In this document: positions 47,070 to 56,987 of the stretch, one piece after another
How positions within the stretch are numbered: position 1 is the stretch's first letter
How the letters are laid out: each line of letters begins with the position of its first letter
IMG/VR virus record: IMGVR_UViG_3300035670_000045
Coordinates: 62,744-126,743 of that record
Source: a virus
Length of the DNA: 64,000 nucleotides
Strand: one strand, 5' to 3'
Notes under the pieces: model-generated
What the model was told of the DNA's origin: nothing
Database searches by the model: none
The model's input: only the letters and a program-made list of their open reading frames with translations
Position numbers and translations under genes: made by a program

Positions 47070-47809
47070 GTCGTAGGGCGCGGATGTTCTGGCCCCTGAC
47101 GTTGGGGGACGAAGTTCTGAAGTTTGACTCGGAAGCCATGTTCGCGGAGTACCAGGAGGGCGTGTGGTTCGTCGTTCGGTTTCGACCAAGTGGCCGCACA
47201 CACTTCGTGTGCGACGTTCGTAGGTTGGATCTTTCGGAAGTCGAACCGGGCGATGTGCAGTGTGCGCTGCGCTCGTTTGGGTACGTCATGGGTCACGACG
47301 AGGACATCCGAGCGTTGGGGAAGGGCGTTCGGCCCTACTACCCGCTGGACGGGCAGAGCGTCCGTCTTGGGAAGGACGGCATCGCCCTGAAGGTTGCTTG
47401 TGCGATCGAGTACGGGTTGGGTGCAGTGATCCACACGGCTATGGGGCACACTCGGCACGAAGTGCTCAACTCGGCGATCATTGCCGCCAACCGGCTGATG
47501 GACCGCCCCTCGGAGCTCGAGGAGGTGTTGGACCTTTCGCACGAGTGGTACGGGGGGACCGTTCGGGAAGTCGGGGCGGGGTACTTAGGGTCCCCGAAAG
47601 AGCAGCGGGTGCTCGAGTACCACATCGACCCCTTCCCGGGCTGTACGCTCGGCATCCTTCACCCCACACACTACTGGCCCAACCGCAGGTGCAAGTGCTC
47701 GGATCGGGTACATCGTGACGTGATGCACGAGCTTGGGTGGTCCGACCTCGTGACGTTGTCCTCTATTCCGTTGCGCAAGTTCACGCCGGAAGACACGAGG
47801 GTGCTGTGA
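47066..47809 (+). CDS. Cys/His-tail family member 13
   Basis: CTLGILHPTHYWPNRRCKCSDRVH. Confidence 0.75.
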   Translation: MSRRARMFWPLTLGDEVLKFDSEAMFAEYQEGVWFVVRFRPSGRTHFVCDVRRLDLSEVEPGDVQCALRSFGYVMGHDEDIRALGKGVRPYYPLDGQSVRLGKDGIALKVACAIEYGLGAVIHTAMGHTRHEVLNSAIIAANRLMDRPSELEEVLDLSHEWYGGTVREVGAGYLGSPKEQRVLEYHIDPFPGCTLGILHPTHYWPNRRCKCSDRVHRDVMHELGWSDLVTLSSIPLRKFTPEDTRVL

Positions 47810-48552
47810 GCGGGAAAGTTGGCCCCACCAAGGATTGGCAGTTACTTCCGAAGCCAGGGCACGGGTTTATCGGGCAGCCCGACACGTACGCTCGGCGGCA
47901 TGGTGCGGGGGTTTGGTACATACTTCGATTCCGAAAGCCGCACCCACAGGACATCGACCAGGGGTCCACGTGCGACGTTCGTCGACTGGACCTGTCGGAG
48001 ACGAGCAAAGAGGAGCTCGAGAAGGCTCTTCACTTTTGCGGAATCGTGAAGGACCGCGTGGGGCGCTTGTGGGTAGATCCGGGTCATGGGGCCGAGCTTG
48101 TCGGGAACTACCGAGATGTCATCGAGGCCATCGAAGTGGCCTGCGCAAACCGGTACGGGCTTGGTGTGTTGCTGCGTACGATTCACCGGAAAGACCCGGC
48201 GAAAGCATACCGGGAGGCTCGTCGTGCTGCTGAGCGGTTCATGTCCAGCCCGGCGACGCTTGAAGCTGAGCTCGATCGACTTCTCGAGCATGACGTGGGG
48301 AGCTATCTGCGGGGGCTCGGGATCAGCCTTACCCATATGGTGGAGACCCGCAGAATGGGCCCCGCAGTCATGCCCCCTAGTTGCACGATGGGCATCACTC
48401 ATCCGAAGCACTACTGGCGGAACGGCAGCTGTAAGTGCGCAAACAAGGTACATCGAAGTGTGATGCTCGAGCTCGGGTGGGTGGGCTCGCGTAGGCTGCA
48501 GCACATCCCTGTGCAGCCGTTTTCACCAGAGGTGATCAGGCCATGGCGATGA
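47806..48552 (+). CDS. Cys/His-tail family member 14
   Basis: CTMGITHPKHYWRNGSCKCANKVH. Confidence 0.75.
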   Translation: MSGKVGPTKDWQLLPKPGHGFIGQPDTYARRHGAGVWYILRFRKPHPQDIDQGSTCDVRRLDLSETSKEELEKALHFCGIVKDRVGRLWVDPGHGAELVGNYRDVIEAIEVACANRYGLGVLLRTIHRKDPAKAYREARRAAERFMSSPATLEAELDRLLEHDVGSYLRGLGISLTHMVETRRMGPAVMPPSCTMGITHPKHYWRNGSCKCANKVHRSVMLELGWVGSRRLQHIPVQPFSPEVIRPWR

Positions 48553-49367
48553 ACTACGTGCGTGCGCCCCTCTTCTGGGAGATCGTCACTGGGGTCCCTC
48601 GTCCTGGTGGGTACCAAATATGGTCGATGGGCCCTGGCGAGTACCAAGGGGGCGTGTGGAAGCTACTGCACACTGGGAGCACGTGGGTGGTCATCCGGGT
48701 TGGTGAGTTCGGCACGGGAGCCGACATGAAGTTCCATGCCACGGCTTACTTGATTGATCTGCGTGAGACACCCGACGCGGTGATCGACTACGCTCTTCTA
48801 CAGGCTGGGATCCTTCGCGGTCCGAACGGGGATTTGCACTACGTGAAGTGGGGCCTTGCATTGGCCCCAGTGCCTGGGGGGATGATCTGTCGATGGCCTG
48901 GAGCATCGCGCGTCATCGTGGCCTCCATGGCTGCCAGCAGCATGGGGGTGTGGTTGCACAGTTGTGGCGGCCCCAGTGCGCAGTCTGTATTCGACGTCGC
49001 CCAGGATCAGGTCGATGTGTACCTCCGTGACCCGGTTACCCTCGAGGCCCACTTGGAGTCCAAGTACTCGCATTCGGGTACGACTCACCGGGAGGCGGCG
49101 GCGGGGTACTCCGTTGACCGTTCGGGCTGGGGGCTCTCGCACATTAAACCGCTGGGACGGCCAGCCCGCCCCCCTTGCCCTCTTGGTGTCACCCATCCCG
49201 GGCACTACTGGCAGGACGGCTCCTGTCGGTGTGACGACCATATGCACCACGAGGTCATGGGTCAGTTGGGGTGGAAAACGTTCGATGCGTCCAAACTTCC
49301 GCCCCGCAAGAAGTTCTATCCGCGGCTTGGCCCGCTTGACTGCATTACCTCTACGGTACCCTCATGA
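48543..49367 (+). CDS. Cys/His-tail family member 15
   Basis: CPLGVTHPGHYWQDGSCRCDDHMH. Confidence 0.75.
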   Translation: MAMNYVRAPLFWEIVTGVPRPGGYQIWSMGPGEYQGGVWKLLHTGSTWVVIRVGEFGTGADMKFHATAYLIDLRETPDAVIDYALLQAGILRGPNGDLHYVKWGLALAPVPGGMICRWPGASRVIVASMAASSMGVWLHSCGGPSAQSVFDVAQDQVDVYLRDPVTLEAHLESKYSHSGTTHREAAAGYSVDRSGWGLSHIKPLGRPARPPCPLGVTHPGHYWQDGSCRCDDHMHHEVMGQLGWKTFDASKLPPRKKFYPRLGPLDCITSTVPS

Positions 49368-50185
49368 GTAAAGTCACTGGCATTGCCCTGCAGAATGTCT
49401 ACCCGTTCGCCGACTACGCACTCACGTTCCTCAGTTCTTTCACCCCGTTGTTGGTCATGCCCGTCGGGGTCAATCCGGCGTTCTTGGCGAACATTGTGGG
49501 CTGGGCACTTCGGAGCCGGGATGGCGAATCCGCTCCGCGTCTACCCCGGAATGATCCAGCACTTCCTTCCACGGTAATTGTGGCCGGTAAGGGGTGGTCC
49601 GTGTCGGTGGTGACTGAGCCAAGCTCCACGTCCTCCACAGCCAGGCATAGCTACAAGGCCTCCATGCCCCCTACTGTCACCTACGAGCCCGCGTTGCGTC
49701 CACGCGATTGGGGGCATGTTGCCGGTGATTGGCGGAGGGTCAACGAGTTGCGTAGCATCCGCGAGCGCGTGCTCAACACTCTGTGCCCCGCGTACGGTGG
49801 GTACCGCGTAGGTCTGCGTGACATCGAGTGTGCCGACGGTGGGCCGCCTGAAGTACAAGCCGCGTTGGTTCAGAAGCCGGCTGCCGTTCAAGTCGATGAT
49901 CCGAACTTCCTGGACTGGGCCATCCTGTCTCCCCACCTGAAGGACTCGGTGTATCTCGCACATCGACTCGCGGTCCGCTACATGAACTGGAACAGCAGTG
50001 GCCGGCCCGGTAGCTGCATGACCGTGGTGACCTACGGCGGCTTCTTGAACCCGAAGACCATCGCCAAGGCGTTGTGCCCAGATCGCCCGCCGAGCGTGCA
50101 GGTCATCCACTTCGCGGAAGAGGAGGGCACCCAGCCTGCACTCAAGGTGACCCCACAGCATCTGCCTATGAGGAAGGTCACGTGA
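49364..50185 (+). CDS. degenerate ABC/AAA_21 ATPase-like protein
   Basis: KVTGIALQNVYPFADYALTF...TPLLVMPVG; LSPH; VQVIH; catalytic motifs absent. Confidence 0.45.
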   Translation: MSKVTGIALQNVYPFADYALTFLSSFTPLLVMPVGVNPAFLANIVGWALRSRDGESAPRLPRNDPALPSTVIVAGKGWSVSVVTEPSSTSSTARHSYKASMPPTVTYEPALRPRDWGHVAGDWRRVNELRSIRERVLNTLCPAYGGYRVGLRDIECADGGPPEVQAALVQKPAAVQVDDPNFLDWAILSPHLKDSVYLAHRLAVRYMNWNSSGRPGSCMTVVTYGGFLNPKTIAKALCPDRPPSVQVIHFAEEEGTQPALKVTPQHLPMRKVT

Positions 50186-50673
50186 GCCGCAGCAAGCCGA
50201 TCCGAGTGCCCAGGTATGAGCTGTGCCTCAAGCGGGTAGGTACCATCTCGCTGCCTCTCCTCAGAGTGAGCACGCCGATGGATGCCGCAGAGGTCATCTA
50301 CCACGCGATCGGGATGTCCCCTGTGGAGGTGGCTTTGCTTGTTGGGTGCAACGGGCAGGGCCACGTAGTAGGCCTCTCACGGATTGCCTCTACCGCTTCA
50401 ACCAGCGTCCTCCACTTGGATGCGTGCGGGCTTGTGCGCGCAGCCCTCAACTTCCCGACTGCGGTGAGTTTCATCTGGGCGCACAATCATCCGGCGGGCG
50501 ATCCCTTCCCGAGCTCGGCGGACTTTACGGTGTTCAACCGGGTGAGAGAGCTCTTCAAGCTCGTCAACCTCCCGCTTCAGGACCAGGTGATCGTGTGCCC
50601 GGATCCGGAGAGGTTCTGGAGCGAAACGTGGCACGGCACCAAGAGCTCCACAGACGAAAATCCGAAAACGTAG
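50182..50673 (+). CDS. RadC-like JAB domain protein
   Basis: E...HNHPAGDPFPSSAD...LQDQVIV. Confidence 0.85.
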   Translation: MSRSKPIRVPRYELCLKRVGTISLPLLRVSTPMDAAEVIYHAIGMSPVEVALLVGCNGQGHVVGLSRIASTASTSVLHLDACGLVRAALNFPTAVSFIWAHNHPAGDPFPSSADFTVFNRVRELFKLVNLPLQDQVIVCPDPERFWSETWHGTKSSTDENPKT

Positions 50674-50727
50674 CGGACATAAGACCCTCGGAGGGCCTCT
50701 ACGGCCCTCCATCCCCAAGGAGGGCAG

Positions 50728-51090
50728 ATGCAACAGACCTGGAAAGTCGTCAACAAAGGGCGGGTCATCGAAGAGCACCCCACAGCCGTCCAAGCCCACA
50801 GGGCGATGCTGGTCCTCGCGGCTCATGACCTTCGGAACGGGCGGGTGTCCCACGCTTCGGTCACGCCGCAGGACTACCCGTTGCCCGCCTGGAAGGAGCT
50901 CGACATGCCTCCGTGGGCGGAGGAGGTACTGCTCGGGGAAGAGCTCCCGGAAGGGCCCATGCCCGAAGCGAAGCGGTCCCAGGCGGCGGTGGATACGATC
51001 CTCGCAATTCGGGAGGTGTCCAAGACACTTGGGGAGGAGCGAACGCAAGCTCTCATCCAGTCGAGGGAGTGGAAGCTTCCCGCGCCCTGA
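50728..51090 (+). CDS. hypothetical protein
   Basis: CATAAG variant motif, leader hairpin, AAGGAGG RBS. Confidence 0.65.
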   Translation: MQQTWKVVNKGRVIEEHPTAVQAHRAMLVLAAHDLRNGRVSHASVTPQDYPLPAWKELDMPPWAEEVLLGEELPEGPMPEAKRSQAAVDTILAIREVSKTLGEERTQALIQSREWKLPAP

Positions 51091-51093
51091 GGT

Positions 51094-51124
51094 GCACCCC
51101 GCTTCGGCGGGGTGTTCTTTTTTT
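51094..51124 (+). terminator. intrinsic terminator
   Basis: GCACCCCGC-TTCG-GCGGGGTGT plus T-tract. Confidence 0.85.
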
Positions 51125-51142
51125 GCTACCACGAGGTGTGTA

Positions 51143-51508
51143 GTGCACAAGTTCCCATTGCCTGGGTCGCCCGAACGGGCCGAGCTCCAGGGGAAGTACA
51201 CGTCCTCTCTGAAGGAAAAAGGCCGCATCACACTGGGCGAAGCGATCCGAATCGCGCATGCGCTCGGGATGCCCGATCCCCCGTCTGCAGCGCTGGTCGT
51301 GATCCACACGTTGCCCCACGTGCGGATGTTCGCCGTGGACTACGAGGGGGAAGTCCCGCGGGTACTCCGTGGGGAGGAGCTCTCCGAAGCCTTCGAGTCC
51401 CTCCTGGACAAGACCGCTGCTGCCCAAGCCCGTGCGGAAAGCATCGAAGTCGTGTTCTCTCTGTCTGAAGTAGCCGCGCTGCCACCGCGGCTGGAGAAAT
51501 CGCCATGA
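51143..51508 (+). CDS. hypothetical protein
   Basis: GAGG RBS after terminator; start uncertain. Confidence 0.5.
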   Translation: MHKFPLPGSPERAELQGKYTSSLKEKGRITLGEAIRIAHALGMPDPPSAALVVIHTLPHVRMFAVDYEGEVPRVLRGEELSEAFESLLDKTAAAQARAESIEVVFSLSEVAALPPRLEKSP

Positions 51509-51738
51509 ACAACATGACCCCGAAAGAGCTCGCGAACATGCTGCGTGCTGCAGCGGACCGAGTGGAGGCGTGCGGGCACGTCAGTGGGAGGCTCGCCCTT
51601 GGCATGTCCCGCAAGGTCACCTACAACACGATCTCCGGGAACCTGGACAAGCACGGGGAGGGTACCCTGCGGCTCACTTGTTCCCTGACGGGCACGTTCC
51701 CCATCCCCACCACACCCCCATCGTCCGAGGGCAAATGA
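51505..51738 (+). CDS. hypothetical protein
   Basis: GGAG RBS, ATGA overlap. Confidence 0.55.
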   Translation: MNNMTPKELANMLRAAADRVEACGHVSGRLALGMSRKVTYNTISGNLDKHGEGTLRLTCSLTGTFPIPTTPPSSEGK

Positions 51739-52070
51739 GCTACAGAAAGTCAGAACCACCGCCGGGTCTCGTGGATGCTCAGGCCGCATACATCAAGGCC
51801 GAGAAGCTTGCAGAGGCCGCTGCAGCCGACCAGCAGACTGCGGAGGTGGATCGTAAGGAGGCTGCAGGTTTCCTGCGGGCGTGTGCAGTCCTCCTGTGCA
51901 TCGGGTTTGCGGGCGCGTACTACTTCATGCACCGGTGGCAGCCCTCCGTGTGCATCGACACCGCCCACTACAGGGAGTCGGGGGTGCAGTGCCCCCCGGG
52001 TGCCGTGATCGAAGTACCCAACTTCGACTACGTGGTGTGCCGCTGCGTCCGGAAGGACGACGCCAAGTGA
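51735..52070 (+). CDS. single-pass membrane protein
   Basis: Hydrophobic helix then Cys-rich tail. Confidence 0.55.
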   Translation: MSYRKSEPPPGLVDAQAAYIKAEKLAEAAAADQQTAEVDRKEAAGFLRACAVLLCIGFAGAYYFMHRWQPSVCIDTAHYRESGVQCPPGAVIEVPNFDYVVCRCVRKDDAK

Positions 52071-52072
52071 CG

Positions 52073-52489
52073 ATGCGCATCGTGGGGATGTGTCCGCGTA
52101 AGCGGAAGGTCTCCGTGTGCGTGCTCGACTCCCACCCCGATGGTCTGCGATTCGTGAAGGCGGGGTACCACGACGTCACCCGCGAAGCCATCGCTGCAGC
52201 TCTCTCCGTGTTTTCCGGGAAGGAAAGTCGGCGGTTGATCGCCGTGGAGGTCAGTCCGAAGTACCCCGTGGTGTCCGGGGTCTGCATCGGCCTTTCGTGG
52301 CCCAACCAAGTCGGCCTGATGGTCTCCAGCGAGCTGACTCGTTCGATGACGATGCTGCTCGATGTCGAGAAGGTGATGCGGGACCTCATCCCGGATTGGC
52401 CCCCGAAGTTGAAGAACCACTTCCGTTCGGCAGTGCTCGCTGGACTGATCGAGCACAAGGTCAGAACGGACGAGGAGAAGCCCAAATGA
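52073..52489 (+). CDS. possible degenerate RuvC/RNase H-fold protein
   Basis: MRIVGMCP...VSVCVLD...LIAVE; first catalytic Asp position is Cys. Confidence 0.35.
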   Translation: MRIVGMCPRKRKVSVCVLDSHPDGLRFVKAGYHDVTREAIAAALSVFSGKESRRLIAVEVSPKYPVVSGVCIGLSWPNQVGLMVSSELTRSMTMLLDVEKVMRDLIPDWPPKLKNHFRSAVLAGLIEHKVRTDEEKPK

Positions 52490-53061
52490 AGCTGCGCGTA
52501 GAGTACAGTGTGACCACGGACAACGCGATGATCCCGAACGTGCTGCCGTGGGCGCCAACCTTCGAGGATTGCGAGGATTCCGAAGTGATGGGCGGCCGAG
52601 TAATGGGTCAAGTGCGTACCCTCATCTCGGCTGTGAAAGCTGCAGCTGCAGCCCCCGACGACCCCAAGGCCCAGGCCCGGTTGCGCACCGCCGTGACGAA
52701 GGTGACCAAGGCGGAGAACGCGCTCATCAAGTTCGTCAGCAAGCCCGCCCAGGCGCAGAAGAAACCCAATGGCAAGCCGCAGAAGACCCGAGATAAGAAG
52801 AGCGGTACCCCGAGAGTCAGGTACTACATCAACTCGTACGACGACGTGTTCCCTCTTGTCTCTGGTGTGACGAGGGAGCTCGAGATGCCGAGCAGCGCCG
52901 TGATGCGGACGTTCGCGAAGGTTCTTCGTCGGCTGTTGAACGCGAAAGACCTCGCAGAAATCCGCATTGCGAGCGCACAGCTTCGGTTGGTCGAAGCTGC
53001 CGCCATCCGGTCGGTACAGGCAAAGGCAAAAGAGAACGGCACGTTCAGGGAGTGTAGGTAA
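52486..53061 (+). CDS. hypothetical protein
   Basis: GAGGAG RBS, ATGA overlap. Confidence 0.55.
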   Translation: MKLRVEYSVTTDNAMIPNVLPWAPTFEDCEDSEVMGGRVMGQVRTLISAVKAAAAAPDDPKAQARLRTAVTKVTKAENALIKFVSKPAQAQKKPNGKPQKTRDKKSGTPRVRYYINSYDDVFPLVSGVTRELEMPSSAVMRTFAKVLRRLLNAKDLAEIRIASAQLRLVEAAAIRSVQAKAKENGTFRECR

Positions 53062-53471
53062 TGGCCCTGTTCAACTTCACATGTGTCAGCGTGGATCCCG
53101 AGGGCCCCGCGATCAACGTCGAGGCGGAGGACTGGGAGACTGCGGTGCAGCTCTACCAAATCCACCCTAGCCATGTTCGGCCCATCGGTCACGGGCGTCG
53201 AGTCCCGAACAGCAACGAGCTCGCCGTGTTCGCCACGATTCGGTGGACGTGCGAGGACGGTGAGCAAGGGGAGTCACTCTCCCGCGCGTTCTTCCGCGCT
53301 ATCCCTCGCCGTGGTGGGGTGATGATCAAGGGGGGTATCGAGCCTCTCGCCTCCTTTGCTGAGCGCATCGGGTGGGAAGGCAAGCCGGAGGAGCTCTTCG
53401 CGGAATGGGACGGGCAAGAGAGCTGGGATGAGGCCGAAGTTAGGACCGCCCGGGAGAGGGCAAAGAAATGA
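53061..53471 (+). CDS. hypothetical protein
   Basis: TAATG overlap. Confidence 0.55.
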   Translation: MALFNFTCVSVDPEGPAINVEAEDWETAVQLYQIHPSHVRPIGHGRRVPNSNELAVFATIRWTCEDGEQGESLSRAFFRAIPRRGGVMIKGGIEPLASFAERIGWEGKPEELFAEWDGQESWDEAEVRTARERAKK

Positions 53472-53803
53472 GCGACCCGTCATCCCCGTTCGGCCACAAG
53501 CAAGTGACCGTGTGGGTTGTGGACGACGACAGCTTCCGCCTCCTCGAAGATGGGCCACGTACCGTCACGGGGGACTTGAACCAATCGGGGTACGTCATCA
53601 CCCCCGCGCGGTGGCTCAAGTTGGGGGTGCAGTGCTTTCTGACGGAACAGGAAGCGGCGGACGCGGGGCAGTGCTGGGTGGAGCGCGAGCTGCGTCGGAT
53701 GGAAGTCGAAACCGAACGGCTGCATCGGGCACAGCGCGCCCTGGAGATCTGGGCCTCACGCATACCGAAACCGAAAAGAAAGGAAGGCACGGATGGCAGG
53801 TAA
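53468..53803 (+). CDS. hypothetical protein
   Basis: ATGA overlap. Confidence 0.55.
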   Translation: MSDPSSPFGHKQVTVWVVDDDSFRLLEDGPRTVTGDLNQSGYVITPARWLKLGVQCFLTEQEAADAGQCWVERELRRMEVETERLHRAQRALEIWASRIPKPKRKEGTDGR

Positions 53804-54356
53804 GCTGAAGCTGGTGTGGCTCGATTTGGAGACCACGGGGCTCGATCCGGAGAAGGACTACATCCTGGAGATCGCGGGGTCGGTCGCCGACTTCGAGGCA
53901 CCGTTTCGCCCGTTGTGGGAATTCCACGGGGTGTTCGCAGTGACCCCCGAGAAGTTGTCCCGCATGGACGACCACGTGTGGCGGATGCACACGGACAACA
54001 AGCTCCTCGAGGAGTGTGACAAGTCCATCCTGTCCGTGCAGGAAATGTCGGCGAGCCTGGCCGCTTACTTCCCGCCGGCCCACCCGGACGAGCGACCCAT
54101 TCTCGCGGGGTCCAACATCGGGTTCGACAAGGCGTTCCTGAAGCACCACATGCCCGAGTTCCACTTGCGGCTGTCCCACCGCCTCTACGATGTCAGCTCG
54201 ATCAAGCTCTTCGCCCGGTCGTTCGGGATGCCGAGGATCCCGCAGACGCACACTCACCGCGCGAAGGCGGATGTCGCGGAGAGCATGCAGCATGCGCAGG
54301 ACGTGGCCAACTACTTCCTCCACGCACGCTCGGAAACCGAGAAGGGCGCAACATGA
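53793..54356 (+). CDS. orn: oligoribonuclease (DEDDh exonuclease)
   Basis: LVWLDLETTGLD...ILEIA, MHTDN, LAGSNIGFDKAFL, DVSSIK, HRAKADVAES. Confidence 0.85.
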   Translation: MAGKLKLVWLDLETTGLDPEKDYILEIAGSVADFEAPFRPLWEFHGVFAVTPEKLSRMDDHVWRMHTDNKLLEECDKSILSVQEMSASLAAYFPPAHPDERPILAGSNIGFDKAFLKHHMPEFHLRLSHRLYDVSSIKLFARSFGMPRIPQTHTHRAKADVAESMQHAQDVANYFLHARSETEKGAT

Positions 54357-54601
54357 GCTACCAAGTAAGTGCCGCCACCCTGCTTTTCGTCAACCTGACC
54401 GACGAGGAAGCCAAGCAGCTTCAAACGGACGTGGAGGCCCTCATCCTGAAGGGGGAACGCGGCCCCATCAACTCGACTGCGTTCAAGATGTGGGCCACCG
54501 TGTGTGGGTACTCCGAGAACCAAGAGCTCCTCATGTACTCCACGGTGTATCCGCAGCGTGCTCTTCTCTCGCTCTTGCTTCGCAAGGAGGAGAAGGGGTG
54601 A
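54353..54601 (+). CDS. hypothetical protein
   Basis: ATGA overlap. Confidence 0.55.
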   Translation: MSYQVSAATLLFVNLTDEEAKQLQTDVEALILKGERGPINSTAFKMWATVCGYSENQELLMYSTVYPQRALLSLLLRKEEKG

Positions 54602-54825
54602 GCTCCACTGAGGTCCCCAGTGTGGCTCTGTCCGCCGGCGGCGGGGAATTCCCGGTGCTCGCGGCGGGGGACCGTGTGCACGCGATCGGTACCCCACACA
54701 ACCAAGTCGGTGAAGTGATCTCTGTTCTGGGCCCCGAGTACATCGGGTGGGCGTACGTGCGGTGGCCGGATTGTACGGACTGGGCGCTGGCGTCCACTCT
54801 TCGGGTGGTGAGCTATGCCCGTTAA
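54598..54825 (+). CDS. small SH3/KOW-like protein
   Basis: GDRV...VGEVISV...AYVRW...LRVV. Confidence 0.45.
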   Translation: MSSTEVPSVALSAGGGEFPVLAAGDRVHAIGTPHNQVGEVISVLGPEYIGWAYVRWPDCTDWALASTLRVVSYAR

Positions 54826-55576
54826 GCTCGTCGAAAGCAATTCTGACGGAGGGTGGTGCCCCACCGGCTGGTTCCCGTTGCCTTCCATTTCGGTCAGGCG
54901 GCCTGTCTACGGAGATGACGCGATGTGGGCGCGTCGTATGTGGGATGGCTCGTACTTCGTGCTGAAGATCCAGAAGACCAGTCGAATCCGTGCGGTGTTC
55001 AAGTGTGTCCTCGTACGCATCGATCTTCGGGAAACCACACAGCAAGCGCTGAATCGTGCGCTGGCACGCCTTGGCTCCGGCTTCCGTTTGCGGGGCAAGC
55101 AGCTTTACACGCATTTTCGGAATGAGCTGGCGTTTCCCCGTCTGAGTGACGTGCGGCTCAAGTGCCTGGAGGCGCTGGCTCAGGACGGCCGCGGGGCCGT
55201 ATTGCATACGGAGGTCGGTAGAGTCGCAGGTCGGGTTTTGGCGAAGTGCGAGCGCGCAGCGTACGGGCTCGAGCACGACCCCGTTCGTCTCGAGCGCGAG
55301 CTCGACAAGCCGTGGACCTACCATGCGACCATTTGGACAGGCACCAACCGTGAGTACGGCGCTGGCGCAGGCGACCAGATGTTTCAAGTCCCACTTGCCA
55401 CGCGTACGTGTAGAGCGGGTCTTCTGTTTCCAGAGCATTACTGGGCCAACGGGGGGTGCAAGTGTGGCGACGCTGTGCACCGTCAGACTCTGCTGTGGTG
55501 GGGAATCCCGACGGACGATCAGTACAGGGAAGTCCCACCCCCTTCCATTCGGGATGTTGTTCAATGGGACGTCTAA
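54815..55576 (+). CDS. Cys/His-tail family member 16
   Basis: CRAGLLFPEHYWANGGCKCGDAVH; RIDLRET. Confidence 0.7.
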   Translation: MPVKLVESNSDGGWCPTGWFPLPSISVRRPVYGDDAMWARRMWDGSYFVLKIQKTSRIRAVFKCVLVRIDLRETTQQALNRALARLGSGFRLRGKQLYTHFRNELAFPRLSDVRLKCLEALAQDGRGAVLHTEVGRVAGRVLAKCERAAYGLEHDPVRLERELDKPWTYHATIWTGTNREYGAGAGDQMFQVPLATRTCRAGLLFPEHYWANGGCKCGDAVHRQTLLWWGIPTDDQYREVPPPSIRDVVQWDV

Positions 55577-56058
55577 AGCCCAGGCCTAGTGTGAAGTTGC
55601 CCCGGAACTCCAGTTCCGTCTGCGTGTCACCCCACTCCGCGACGTCCATCGAACTCCTCGGCGGGGTGACCCGTAACGGGGTCACGGTGTCCAAAGGCGA
55701 GTTCGAGGCGATGCAGCGCCTCTACCGCATGAAGAAGGAGAAGCAGGTGAAGCGTCCGCCGGAGCCCGTGCCTCCGAAGAGCTCCGCGTTCCCAAGTGAC
55801 CGAGAGTACGCGCAGGCTCTCTCCCAGTACGAGGAGGCCCACGCCCGTTGGCGAAAGTGGGAGGACCCCTCGGTCCTCCTCCAAGCGGGCGCGGACGTGG
55901 GCACGTTCCGCTGCGCAGAAGAAGACGGTCTACGCATGGTCGCGTGGATCGCCAAGTTCGCGTCACCAGGGGAAGACCCGCTGAAGGTCCTGGTGCGGAT
56001 GGCTGCAGACGCTGGACTAGACGCCTCTTCGGATCTGGAGTGGGCAGAGGAGGAGTAG
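55564..56058 (+). CDS. hypothetical protein
   Basis: GC-rich third positions; start uncertain. Confidence 0.5.
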   Translation: MGRLKPRPSVKLPRNSSSVCVSPHSATSIELLGGVTRNGVTVSKGEFEAMQRLYRMKKEKQVKRPPEPVPPKSSAFPSDREYAQALSQYEEAHARWRKWEDPSVLLQAGADVGTFRCAEEDGLRMVAWIAKFASPGEDPLKVLVRMAADAGLDASSDLEWAEEE

Positions 56059-56065
56059 GGTCAAC

Positions 56066-56452
56066 ATGAGCGACAAAACCACCAACGACATCAGCATCCC
56101 GGCCATCGACAACTGGGTCGTCGTCCACATGTGCAACGGGAGACGGTACATTGGGGTCCCCGACAGCCCTGGGCTGGTGCGTGAGGTCACGATGCACACG
56201 GCGTACAGCCCCCTGCTTCCGGTGACCCTCGAGATGACGTTCGAGCTCTTCACGGGGGACATCCCCCAGGGCGCACCTCACGCGCTCATGCTTCGAGGTG
56301 TCGACGGGATCCACGGGCCTGTCACGATGCACCTCACACCCATGGCGGTCTACGCCTGCACGGACTTGTCCACTCGAGCTCGAGCCCAGGTGTGGGGGCT
56401 GCTGCAGGCTGCAATGCGGGCATGTGCCGAACCCAAGGAGGCGACACCATGA
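56066..56452 (+). CDS. hypothetical protein
   Basis: GGAG RBS. Confidence 0.55.
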   Translation: MSDKTTNDISIPAIDNWVVVHMCNGRRYIGVPDSPGLVREVTMHTAYSPLLPVTLEMTFELFTGDIPQGAPHALMLRGVDGIHGPVTMHLTPMAVYACTDLSTRARAQVWGLLQAAMRACAEPKEATP

Positions 56453-56703
56453 GCGACCGAAAAGATCCCCAAGGATTCGAGGTACGTGTGACCTACCTCG
56501 GGGGTGGCAACGGGTACGGTATACGCGTTATCCGCGATGGGAAGATCTGGCGGGAGACCCGCGTGGACAGCAAGGGCGACATCGCTGCAGCCATCAAGTC
56601 GGAGCTCCGCTGGATCGACAAGGGCGGTTCCCCCTCCGACATGGCGAGCGCCTCCCGTGACCGGTGGTACAAGAAGTGGCTGCGGCGTATGGGGATGCTG
56701 TGA
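56449..56703 (+). CDS. hypothetical protein
   Basis: AAGGAGG RBS. Confidence 0.6.
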   Translation: MSDRKDPQGFEVRVTYLGGGNGYGIRVIRDGKIWRETRVDSKGDIAAAIKSELRWIDKGGSPSDMASASRDRWYKKWLRRMGML

Positions 56704-56987
56704 GCACTCGGTTCCCAACCATCACGGACCTCTTGGAGCTCTGGCTGAAGACGCACTACGCGGGCAAGTACGCGGTTGTCTTCCACGGCCCGTTGCACGG
56801 AGACGAGTGTGTGGAGCGTTCGATCACCAAGTGGTTCCCATCCGCGTCTCACGAGCTCATCTTCTGCGAGGCTGCAGTCCTCGAGTGTCCCACGCACGAA
56901 GCGGCGATAAGTACCCTGAGGGACACGAAAAAGGACCACCCCTACCTCACGGTGTGGGACGGTACTCGAATCGTGAGCCATCACTGA
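56700..56987 (+). CDS. hypothetical protein
   Basis: GTGA overlap, terminator follows. Confidence 0.5.
   Translation: MSTRFPTITDLLELWLKTHYAGKYAVVFHGPLHGDECVERSITKWFPSASHELIFCEAAVLECPTHEAAISTLRDTKKDHPYLTVWDGTRIVSHH

Noticed and set aside
52792-52797. GATAAG match (another near 56926)
   Set aside because: Inside coding sequence with no downstream RBS or start; likely chance.
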